A DNA stretch of 64,000 bases from Rhizophagus irregularis (Eukaryota): contig NC_089432.1 of NCBI RefSeq assembly GCF_026210795.1, positions 3,596,001 to 3,660,000 of the forward strand, given 5' to 3'. A program made the position numbers and the translations under genes. Below are positions 1-11,973 of this stretch, in pieces. The notes under the pieces are model-generated. The model worked only from the letters and a program-made list of their open reading frames with translations. It was not told where the DNA came from and made no database searches. Within the stretch, counting starts at the first letter, position 1, and every line of letters begins with the position of its first letter.

Positions 1-595
1 AATTGGGTTAATTATTACTTTTCGGTCACGTAGAATATTTTTGGGAAAATGTTCAAATCTATGTAAACGTCACTTCCTAGGACGAGACCGCTAATGGTAA
101 TATTCTAATCAAGAACATGATGTGTCATTGGATCATATAAATATGATGACCGGGGGGTTACTATGTCAAAAAGATCGTAAAGCAATCTTGATCCTACTGT
201 AATTAAAAGTACAATCAAATTATAGTGCATGATATATTTGTTGTAGATGCTATGAAAAAGAAGGACATTTGTATTAAGACCTGAGACAAGGTAATAAAGC
301 AATTAGTTGTCATACATGCTAGAAAGACAACACCACGACACGTTTATGTGAAAGATCATTATTATTATCAACTTGTATATCATCCGAATTTCCATCAAGT
401 AGTAAAAGTAGTAAAAATAGTAACGGAAATATTCGACAAGATTTTCAAAATAATACTCTAGTCCAAGACGCAATTACCCCGGGAGATAATACTGAAATGA
501 TACACAATTACAAATAAAATTTTAAATTAATTTCATTCCACCAGTTTTGTAAATTCTTGATCTTGATTTTAAAACAACTACTTCATCACCTCATA

Positions 596-655
596 AACTA
601 AACTAAACATTGCATCAATATTATCTTTTTCTGCTGCTTTTTGATACCAATTAAA
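596..655 (-). pseudogene. Isolated Sel1-like repeat fragment
   Basis: Minus strand reads FNWYQKAAEKDNIDAMFSLV, matching the Sel1 consensus (W-Y-x-K-A-A-E-x-x-N-x-x-A-x-x-x-L). No surrounding ORF. Confidence 0.55.
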
Positions 656-2707
656 GAATCCCAAAACTTATATATATATCAAATGCCCAGCATCACAAAA
701 AACATTTTTTTTTTCATTAAACCACCAAATTTATTTATAATTAATACAATTTCAAATTATATAAGATAAATGATTTCAAAATAGGTTTAATATTTAAAAG
801 AATACTTATAATAGGCATTGATTTAGCTAAATGCTTAAAAAAAAATATTAAGAACTTATTAATAAAAAACAAGTATTAGAATCACCTAGTTTTTTTATTA
901 AAAGAATAATAATACTAAAATATAAAAGAAAAAAGACAAATAAAAGAAAAATAAAATGAATAATTAAATTAAAATAAAAAATCATATTTTTCATATTTTT
1001 TACTATATTAAATGTATTAATTTCTATTTTGTAATTTTCCTTTTTTTTTTTTGTTGCAGCATATTTAAATCTTTATTAGAATAAATGAGTTTATAATACA
1101 TCATACAAGTGAAAATAAATTATATAAACTAATTTATTAAAACTTAAACCACTCATCATCCTAAATGTGTACACTGTCAGGTGGAATTTGGGCTATAAGA
1201 GTACTTTCTGCGCTTACATATGCATATATAGTAATTTTCTAAAATATAATATAAATAAATTAAATAATAATTAATAATTAAATATTATACAAATTACATA
1301 CTATATATTAATTATTAAAGTTTGAGACCTTTAACAATTTTATTTTTCAAATTAAATTTATGGTATTCAAAATAATTTAATATCAGATTGAAGTAATAAA
1401 ACTTAAATTATTGCAGTATATTAGTTTTTACTAAAAAAAATATGATTTAAAAATTATTGTACTTTATATTAAAATTTATTTTAATTAAAAATTCCAAAAT
1501 TAATCTAAAGTTACTGTTAAACTGATTAAAAGTACTAGTAATGCTAATAATTAAATCAATGGAATTGATTTATCAACTTCCATTAATCATATTAACTTAA
1601 TCCCATTGATCTTATTGACCCTATCAAATCTATCAATTTCAAGTCAAACTAAATCAAACTATGACTTAAAAACCTTTAAATTAAACCAAACTAAACCCTA
1701 TTTATAGTCTGATTTGGTCTGATTCATCAATTTAACTTGGACTTAATAATGGACTTATTCATTCATTAAATTGGAATTTTATTATAATTTATATAGTAAT
1801 TAATTAATACTTTTTAATCGGAAAGTAATTTATTTTATATAGTTTATACTATTTTATATATAACTAATTTACTTTGTATTTATCTTAAATAAATGTAAAT
1901 ATATGCTTTAAAATTTTATTATAAATAAACAAAATTGCATTATTAAAAAAAAATCTGGAACTTTACTTTTCTAATAATATTTAATAATTTGTTTTTTTAA
2001 GAAACTTGTATTTTATAACAAGTTTTATTAAAAAACAATCATATAGCATATAAAATATATACTTTATAATTTTTTTAATAAATTTGATAATTTTTAAATA
2101 GTTAAATATTCAATATTAAACTGCAAAATTATAAAATTATACATATAATGGTATTTCTTTAAATTTACAATTTATATATAGACATTTTAACATTTTGGCT
2201 AAATAAATCTCCATTATAGTTACTATTACAATATATAATAATATAATTTATAAATATATTTAGTTTAAAGATTAAAGTTTGTTTCCCTTTTCCCTTTGTA
2301 ATAATAAAATAGGAGGCTTCAATCAATCAATTAATCATTAGCAGTTAGTAAATGAAACCGGAATATCGGAAATTCAAATTAAGACTATATATGGTAGGAT
2401 AAGTATTAATATATGGTATGTATAATGTGTGTTGATCATTTAATTTGTACAATAAAAGTAACAAAGACAAACTAAAAATAAACTAGCATATAAAAAAATA
2501 TATAGGATCTACGATAGTTCTTAGCCTACATATCCTGTTTAGACGATCTTGATATTACCGAATCAGGATGGGTTTGTCATTTTTTGGATATAACAAGTCA
2601 TATAAATAAATGATATTATCATGCCAACAACCACTTCAGAGTTTTAAGTTTTTGATCTTCACCTTTTTTTTTTCGTTCTTTCGTTTTTCCCGCATAATTC
2701 TTTAAAA

Positions 2708-4487
2708 ATGGGAGATAAGAATAATAAAAGAAAAAGACTTGATCCTACTTCCACCGAAAATTTTGGTAGTAAAAAGAATAAACGGGATGTAAGCGAAAAA
2801 AAGAATGAAAAAAAAAGGATAGAAAAGAAGCTTGTTGAGAAAAACGACGAAAAAAAAAATGGTGAAAAAAAGAATGCACTTCCACGAAGACCGAATGCCG
2901 ACCAAGAGAACCAAAATGGATGTCGTTCTCATATTTTGTCGAACCGTCCTGGTTTATTTTTGCATTCTTGTGATTTAGTATTAGAAATAAATAACTCTGC
3001 TAAACAAAGCAGTTCAAAACAAAAGAATAAAAAAAATACCTATCTTTACACCAAATGTAAGTTATATGTATTTTTTTAATTACCTCAAATAAACGATTTC
3101 TTATTAACTTCTTGTTGTAATAGATTTTTCGGATGATGATGATGATTATGCTGTTATAGACATCATTTATCCAGGTGGACAAAGAGAGAAGTAATTTATC
3201 CATTCATTTAAAAAAATTTATTTCTTTTTTGTTATATAATCTAATTTTATATATATTAGATTTGCTTTAGCAAGTTCTACAAAGTTTGAATACGACCCCA
3301 TAGATGAATTATTTAGATTTGTAGAAACGTTTATTTTTTATTTTATCGATAATGGAGTTAAAAAAGATGACGAAGTCGATGAACATTCGGATCCAAAGTC
3401 ACACACTGACATTCAAAAACGGTTTACTTATTCTAAGGGCGGATTAAGAAACCAAAATTCAGTATACAGGAACCTCCGATCTTCTATAAGAACCAAACGT
3501 AAAGATAGATTCATTGAAGCCATAAAAAGCTTCAATTGTCAAATGGATTACTTAGTACAAAATAATGATCTAGATCCATTCCTTAAAGATAGGAAACCTG
3601 AGGGCTGTTTATTAGAATTTATATTAGAACAAATTTATGCTCGTTGTTGTAGCGAAACGGATTTACCGAACATTACAAAGGCTAAATGTAAATTTATTAA
3701 TATTTTGAATTTAATCAATTTTTTTTTAATTTTATTTACGTTTTATTATATTAATACTTTTAGCCTTTTCTGATGCTACTTATGGTGAATTGCGATTTGC
3801 TCTTGTGGAAGAAATGATTCAAGAAGCAGGAATCAATGGAAATTCAATCTTTGTTGATTTAGGCTGCGGTATTGGAAATGTGGTGATTCACGTAAATGCT
3901 AGGGTTGGGTGTGATTCCTACGGTGTAGAGTCGAATGAAGCTCGACATGAAATAGCAGATAGACAAATAAATGAATATAAAGGCAGAATGGCGTAAGTGA
4001 TTTGTTTGATTTAAAAATTTCGTATTTATAACAATAGAATTAACAAACAAAAATTTTTTATTATAAAGTCTCTGGGGATTAGATCAAACTGGTACAGTTG
4101 AAGTAATGAAAGCCGACTTTCTCAATTGCGATTATGTGGTTCGCTTGTTAAGAAAGGCGGATGTAGTTCTTACCAATAATTATGCATTTGCCTCCTCTAC
4201 AAATGAAGCTCTTACAAGATTGTTCTTAGAAATGAAAGAAGGAGCAAAGATTATAAGTCTTAAAGATTTTAGAACTGGCGCTAATCGTAATGGTCCAGAA
4301 TCGATTTTAAAAGTTACTAAATATTCCTATCCTCCAGACAGGAATTATGTTTCATGGACCAATGCTGACGGCTGCTATTTTGGTAAGTTAGTTCATTTTC
4401 CCGTGAATGAAAAGGTACTAGCTAAGATTCTAATAATAACTTCTTTTTTTTTTAAATATCTTAGTTTCAACAGTTAGACATAATTAA
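2708..4487 (+). CDS. DOT1: Histone H3K79 methyltransferase Dot1 (6 exons, ~469 aa)
   Basis: Exons 2708-3056, 3124-3190, 3260-3687, 3764-3992, 4069-4382, 4465-4487 join in frame via GT-AG introns (1410 nt). Motifs: YPGGQREKF, EYDPIDEL, FSDATYGEL, SAM motif I FVDLGCGIGNVV, GVE, ADVVLTNNYAF, EGAKIISLK, VSWT. Lys-rich N-terminus. Confidence 0.9.
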
Positions 4488-5147
4488 ACTCGGTTGAATT
4501 ATTTTTATTCATTATAATTATTTAGCTATTGATTAGAACAATTTTTTAAAAAAACAATTGAAGTGTTTTCAATTGATATTTTTACAACAGATTTAATGAC
4601 TATTATTTTTTTTAAAAAAAATAATGGTTTATTTAGATATTATTATAGAAATTTTTTATTAAATCTGACATTTTCTTATTAATATTAAATCAATGAAATT
4701 TTAATAATTTATAGACATTTTTTTTTGTTAAAAAAAAAATTTATTATATTAATATAAATTGTTAAACTATTTAGTTACTATATACATGTCAAAGAATATA
4801 TTATATATTAATTACATAGTAGTTTTTTTGCATTACAACGAATATTATTTAGGTCAATTTTTAGATATTATTATATTCATTTTATTGACATTTACAATAA
4901 ATTTTACAACCTAGAATGTTGTTCATGGTGAACTTTTGTAGGCGTCGTATGTACGGTAATAATTTTAAAATCACTGAATAAACTAAATGAACCATTTGGA
5001 ATATGACAATTTTTTTTATTTTTTTTAAAAAAAAAATTTAATTCCAGTCATTTAGTTGGATCCATTCTGTTTAAATGTTTAAATGTGAGATGTTGGTCAA
5101 AAATGTGAGTTTAAGATGTATATAAAGAAACAAATTTTGAAACTTAC

Positions 5148-5800
5148 CAAGATTTATTGAAGATAATACAACTTCTTGAACAAAGATAATTTTCGGAATC
5201 AAGGAAACTCTTACTAACAATTTCTAAATCAGATAATTCGTAAAAGAACCGGCAACACTAAATGGTATGATTGGGATTACTAGTTGTTGCATCCTGCTTT
5301 ACTTTATCTACCTAATTGACTAATTGAATTAATATTACTTAGTATTTTTCTGTTTCAAAAATGACAAATTTTTAGACAAGAAACTTACCTTCAAATTTAC
5401 TGTTCATTATCTGTCCAGTCATCCCTTTATTGTAAAATCAATGACAGTATTTAAAAATTAAACACAAACAATATCTTCGGCCTTCACTGTCAATAAGATT
5501 ATCTTCAACTCTGTATCCTTTTTAATATTATCAGTAACTCATTTTCTTCACGATAGCTAGAGTTGAAATTGGTTGTTGGACATTGGACATTTTAAAACTA
5601 TTGACATTTTCCTGAAATTTGCAATTTCCTCTATGTTCCAAATATATAGGAATATCTCGCCGTTCAGTCTTCTCAAACCTTAGGAAGGGTGTGTTTTCTT
5701 TACCTTGCAAGTTCACCAACTTGTCAATGTCCTGCAAAGTATTGGTATCTCAAAATTGTCAATCCCAACGAGATAAACTACTCAAAACACGCATTAATAA
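5148..5800 (-). pseudogene. Degenerate spliced gene remnant, product unknown
   Basis: Two GGTAAGTT donor sites on the minus strand (~5147, ~5388) and an acceptor near 5312 bracket codon-like sequence (VDKVKQDATTSNPNHTI*CCRFFYELSDLEIV) with an in-frame stop. The upstream 68-aa ORF 5531-5737 has the same orientation. Confidence 0.3.
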
Positions 5801-6788
5801 ATTCCATCCCGTTTTTTCTAGGAATGAGGAACAAAATTACATAGTTTATAATACATACACTACAAGTTTACTTTGAATTTTTATCAATCTTCAGGAGATC
5901 TATTTAGTTTATCTGATTCGAGTTCTCTTTCACACGCCAGCTGTGGTGATTACGGTGATCATGTGATGGGAGTAATATTGCTAACCCTAATCAATAGTAG
6001 CAAGGGGTTAGTGGATATCGTAATCCCATATATTTGATTCAAGTTAATATGCGCATTTTTTTTTTACGTTCAAAACTATTTTCGCCATTCATCGATCACT
6101 TGGATCAAGGATAAATTTCATGTTGTTAAATTATTATTAACACAGATGAATACGCGGGGAAAAAACCCTAATATTACATACTTTGAGTAAAGCCACGTTC
6201 GGAAACTCTTGCCATTGAACGTAATAAAAATATCGGGTTAATTCAGAAAAATTAATTAAAGTGATATGCACATATTTGATTCGCCGATACGTCTATGGTT
6301 TCATCATTGGTTCTATCGACTTAATTTAATTGTTTTTTACATTTATATTTATGCTATACCAAGTTTTCGCTCTTTCTCTCGAATTTTTCTGGTAAGATCA
6401 TAATGTTTTATCCTACCTTCCAACAATTGAATGGATAAGGAAAGCCCGCTAAGAACATTCTTCACTTGTAAAGCCAAAAGACTTTGTTGAACTGTTTTAA
6501 GATCTTAGAAGCCTGCCAAGCTGAATAATAAGTTCCCTCATTCCATATTAATGTGTTGCCATGTTTTGCCCAAAGGGTGGACATACCCTCAGCAGTCTTA
6601 GTGTTAGCAATAAAAGACCATCTCTTAAATTCCATTTGGATTCTGTTTTATTTTGGTTTAAATAATCATCAAATGAAACCATTTTCGCATCAAATAATGA
6701 GGTTGTTGAGATGGGCCTGGTTCATTTCACCAACAATCATTTCACCGACAATTATTTACTGAAAGGTTTGACATCTTTAATCCACTTA

Positions 6789-6868
6789 TCCTAACCTAAT
6801 CCTAACCCTAATACTAACCCTAATTTCCTTCCCTAATTTCCTTACCTAACCCTAACTCTAAACCTAAA
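6789..6868. repeat. Degenerate interstitial telomere-like (CCCTAA)n tract
   Basis: Four exact CCCTAA plus several CCTAA/CTCTAA/ACTAA variants in ~80 bp. Confidence 0.7.
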
Positions 6869-8222
6869 TTCTCTTGTTGGCTACTATCAAGGAGGGAGGG
6901 ATTTTCTGCCACCTCCTAGATTTCTGTTGGTTGCATTGTCATAAAGTTGAACTTCGATCTGTCGTTCTTTGAGCATGACGTTACCGTTAAAAAACCAAAT
7001 TTTCAAATTGCAATGGAAGAAAATTTTAATAATATTGGAACGCGACGAACACGACGCGTATGATGGTCAACGCTCAGATGTACAGTAATAATCTTTACTA
7101 AGGTATGTTATTATCGATATATTCTAATTAAAATATTAAGTCAAGGCACTAATTGTATTCGCACCTTACTTTTATAATTTGTAGTAGTAGTATCAATGTT
7201 ACGGGAAAATTATCGCAGCAAATCGTATTCGTATTAATATTTTTTATGACATGACATGTATATAAATATCTGGGGGCTCTAATCGACTCTAACCCTGCAT
7301 ATGGTACATCTCGTAAAATTATTTTTTTATATAATAGACTTATAATCTATTTAAATGAATGATGTTAGAAAATAATAAAACACTACGAGACTAGTATAAT
7401 AACAACGCCCCAAATGGTAAATGAAATTCAGATAAATTGTTTATGAAAGTACTGCTATTTCTCTATATTATCAAAAATGATAGGTATCTCATGGTTAGAA
7501 AATTGTAACTTCCCTCACATGAAATGTAACAACGTACTGTTATACAAAATATGCATAATCGTTACATATGCACAATTTGCATAATCTAATTTTTTTTTAA
7601 TTTATATTCCATTATCTATCTTGTTCATCAGCCTTTCAATGGTTTTTTTTACAAACTTTATTACAAAGTCTGAGAACAGAATTTCAAATGATAAATTTTA
7701 CCATTTTTATACGTGAAAAGATTCAAACATCCTGAATAATACGGTATTATTTCATAATTATAATGGGGTAGATTAACACTTTTTATAGTATCTTGAAAAT
7801 CTGTACGGATCAGATAATGTACATTGATTTTCTGCAAAGAATTGGAGAATTTCTTTTTATAATAATCAAGTGATTTGATTTGGTTAGAAATTTCATGATT
7901 TGTCTTTTAGGTTCATTTTCGTACACCAACTTATTAAAAAGATTTTTTTTTTTTGAATTTATTAAAATATATACAAAATTTCATCTTGTTTTTTTTTAAT
8001 ACAATAAGTTGCTAGAAACTATATGCAGAGTAAAAAGTATATAATATTTCATTTACACTTATTTTCACAAGTAATTTTGTACTTACTGTTAAAAATAATT
8101 TGAAATCCCAGCCATTTGATGAAAATTTATTCATCTAAGCCATTTGACATAACCCTATTATAATTATGGAGATTAAATAATTATGAAGGAAACAAAGTTT
8201 TTTTTTTGAAAAAAAAAAATTT

Positions 8223-9869
8223 TTATCGAATTCCATTTAATACCTTCATTAATACTTCACGGCCACTTCCGGCACCACCGCCACCACCACGATCTCTTTC
8301 TAATACAAAGAGAGCATCTTTTACCGTTATTGTTGGAGCCGGTCCATTAGACGGTTGCTGTTGACCAGTCACAAATGGTCCAGTGGTGATGCTGGAGGTT
8401 GAACCTCCTCCTTGTTGAGTTTCTCCCCTTTTAAAGGTAGAAAAATTTTTAGCATTTGAAGTCGATCTTGAACGTCCACGTGATGGTCTCGTAGCAGCAG
8501 TATCGCCACCATTAATAACTGAAGTTGAAGGTACTTCAGATTGAATATCAATCATCCAACTTTTAGTTTTACCACCAGCTGCTGATAAAGCTGTCATATT
8601 AGTATTCTTTGTGTCGACTGTAAGCTTATTTATAGCTGGTATAGGTAAAGTATCTTTTTTTTGACGTTTATTACGTTTTGGTGCAGTGGTTGTCTCTGAT
8701 TGATCTTTTGAATCATCTTTATCTTCCGTTTTACTATCATTTTTTAATCCTGCTCGAATTTCTTTTCTTTTACGTTCATGTTCACGATCAACTTTTTCAA
8801 TTGCAAGCAATTGTGATTTCACGTCCAAGCTAACAGCTTCTTTATACATTGGTAAATTCTCACCATCACCATCGGTTACACTTGGATGATGTATATGTTC
8901 CGAGTGTATTCGATGATTTTTAGCAGCAATCATTGATTCCACTAACGATCTTACTCTCTCTTGTGTAGCAAGCGCTAGATAGGTCATCACATCAGGACTT
9001 ACGCCTAACTTATGTTGCATAGCTAAAAAAATTTTAAAGAAAGTTAATTTCTTTCCCCCTTAATAAAATTTTTCCTTTAATATAGTAGTTACCTATAGAT
9101 GTAACCACATTTGAGAGATTTCTTTGATCCAAGAAACTCTGCGTCCGTGAACGATCTGGAAGTTGTGTTGTAAAAGTAGATTGTCGAATTCCCAATAATT
9201 CATTTTCTCTTAAAATATTATCTGTTTCTTCCTATATATTACAAAACGTTATTAAGGAGAAATAACTAAATTGGGAGATTGACTTTTATTCATACTTTTA
9301 GGTCAACCCCAGTAAAGGTTAAAACGTCGTCATAGCTAGCCTTTTCATCAGCTGCTCCCGTTGTACCAGGTACAGCTGGTCCAGTCGACCTCCGACTTTA
9401 TTAATTTTAAAAAAACTATTTAAATAAAATTTTTTTTAAAAATTAAGTCCTTTAAGAAATACCTTAGTAAAGGATTGCCTGTCTGTGTATTTACTAGAGA
9501 AGTGAAAGGAAGAAAGAAGGTAAAATGAAAGAAAACACAAATTAACAATAATAAAAAAAGTAGTCTTAAATTTTCCTTTCTTGTATGTTTTCAACATTAT
9601 ACTTACTACGTGGTAAAACCATTATTGGATTAGTAGTATTATATACAGTAGATCTATAACCAACGGGAGGTTGTGAAGGTGGACCCATTGGTTGACTAAT
9701 ACGAGGAAATGCAGACATAGTTGCAGACATAGTTGCAGACATAGTTGGATCAAGAAGAGGAATTGGTATAACCCCTCCCACAGTTGAATTACTTATGGCT
9801 GAAGTAGTTCCTATAACTTGTTGTTGTTCTAATTTAACAGGGTTTGGAGTAGTGGGAGATTTTTTTCAT
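8223..9869 (-). CDS. TAF4: TFIID subunit TAF4 (5 exons, ~443 aa if the A7 run after the ATG is really A6)
   Basis: Exons 9607-9869, 9463-9493, 9296-9395, 9093-9231, 8223-9022. TAF4 motifs: DDVLTFTGVDLKEE, histone fold (FLDQRNL...VSPDVMTYLALATQERVRSLVESMI..KNHR), TNMTALSAAGG-K-SWM, and C-terminal ITVKDALFVLERDR. Confidence 0.88.
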
Positions 9870-11973
9870 TTTTTTTTATTTTATTATACTATTATTTTAC
9901 AAAAAAAAAGATCTGAAAAAAAAAATTTTTTTTTTTTTTGAATGAAAAAATATCCTTTTTTTTTATATAAGAAAAAAGAAAAAAATTTTATATGGGTTAA
10001 GTGCAGATATAATAGTAGTAATGGATAACATTGTAAAAAAAAAATATTGAAATTGAAATAAAAAAAAATTTGAGTTGTTTGATGAAATGTAGTTTGGGTG
10101 ATGAACATATGCATAATAATGACAATATGTGAACTATGAGTAATCCGAATTTGTCCGTTAAAAAAGCTATCAAAAAATTGTATCAGTAAGTTTTTCTTTG
10201 CGTTACAGTAAATAAGAAACTTTAATAAAGAAAACCGCTAAGAAGAATAAAATGATGCGGCATAGTTAAACCGTAATAAATTAAAAGCAAAAAAGGGTAA
10301 GAAATTAGATACTACAAATTTTTGTACGATATTATATTCTTAAAAGTGGCTGGTAAAAATCTTTTATGGCATACTCGGCTTATTCATATGCATGTGACGC
10401 ATCTAAATTATCTAATTGTTCTTAGAAACAATCCTTTGACATTCGATAAGAAAAAAAAACGTTTCGTATTTCGTGAAGGAAATTAGGGAAAGAAAGACCA
10501 ATAGAAATATAAAATATTGTTGGACAAATTAGGAATAATTATATAATTTGTCTAAAAATTTAATGGTTTCGCTATAACAAAAATTACGGTATAAAAATAA
10601 CAAAAAATAAATGCACACACGTGGATACATGCAATGTCATGTCATAACACACTTAAAAAGCATCAGCAAATCATGGTAAATTGATGGTTTATTTCTTTTT
10701 TCCCAGATTAAATTATTCGGATTTCCTATAAATGGATCGATGATATTCCGTTATTAGTACGATTTTGATTGGCGGAGAAATTTCGGCACGATACTTTTCT
10801 GAGAGCAAACCGAACTTTAATAGGATAATACATCCGGAACGGTTTTAGAGTTATTTTTTTTTATTTGGCGAAGATCAAAAAGTTTACTATTTTATTTTCT
10901 AAAATGTTAACTGGAAGGTGTCATACTTGTACTATTCAAAGATCATAAATAAAAACCTTACTTCCAAGGGGAAAGAACATAATGCACGCGTGACCAATAT
11001 AAAATGTATTACATTCAAACCATTTCTTTATTATGAATTAGTAATATGTTATGTATATGCATTCTTCCGCAGTTCTCTTTATATTATAATCCAAATTCAG
11101 TTCATCACCCAAAACAAAGACACGAATGTTGTTGTGTCTGTGCAGTTTACTCAAAAGCCATAAATATCTTTATTGGTATTTTTTTTTTCTCTCTCTAAAT
11201 CAATTCTCTTTGGTATCTGTCCCGCCAGCAAGCCACAAATCCATCTAACTATCATCCCAGTCTATAATTTCTTTATTTCTTTCTTTTCTTTTTTTTTTCT
11301 GCACTGTGCCTTTAAAATCAAGTTTATTAACAAGATCTTTTATAAAACCACTATTATTAAAAAAGTATTGAGCATCATTTAATAATTTCTTCTTCGTGGG
11401 AGAGAACCTTATCAATCATTACTTTTCTCCGCTGCAAAAAATTTAAAAAAATTAGTGTTACCGACAAACACTGCGGAATCTTTTATTTTGTGTTATACAA
11501 TAAAAAAAAACTTCTTAATGACTTACATCAAAATTTTTTTTTTGTGAATATCTCCATAATACAAAAATATACATATATTTTTTTACCGTTTTTTTAGCTT
11601 TTTTATTTTTTTATTTATTTTTATTATTTTTTTTAAAAAAAGTAAATTATAATAATTTTTTTAGTAAATACTTTTTCTTCATTTTTCTTTCCCACTAAAA
11701 AAAATACTTTTTGTCGTATGTCTTTGTTAACAATATTGGGCAAAAATAAGATTCCACTAAAAATTTGGCTTTTTTTTTCTTAGTTTACCCTTTTTATTAC
11801 ATTATATTTCTTTAATTACCCCCAATTTTTTCGTCCCCCCTTTTTTTTGGTACTTTTTTTGTGAAGTTCATGATTTTTTCTTTTTTTTCTAAGACTTTTT
11901 CTCGAGATCTCTTCATAAAAAAAATAGACTTTCTTTTTTTTTCAATAAAAAAATAAAATAAAAATAAAATACG

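Noticed and set aside
9711..9748. 12-bp tandem repeat (x3) in TAF4 exon 1
   Set aside because: In-frame TMSA repeat in a low-complexity region, an ordinary slippage product.
9884..11382. Short Phe/Lys/Ile-rich ORFs in the TAF4-kinase intergenic region (similar ones at 18714-19043, 25756-26127, 33628-36941, 40178-40818)
   Set aside because: They translate poly-A/T tracts, mostly with non-ATG starts, and show no splice or domain support.
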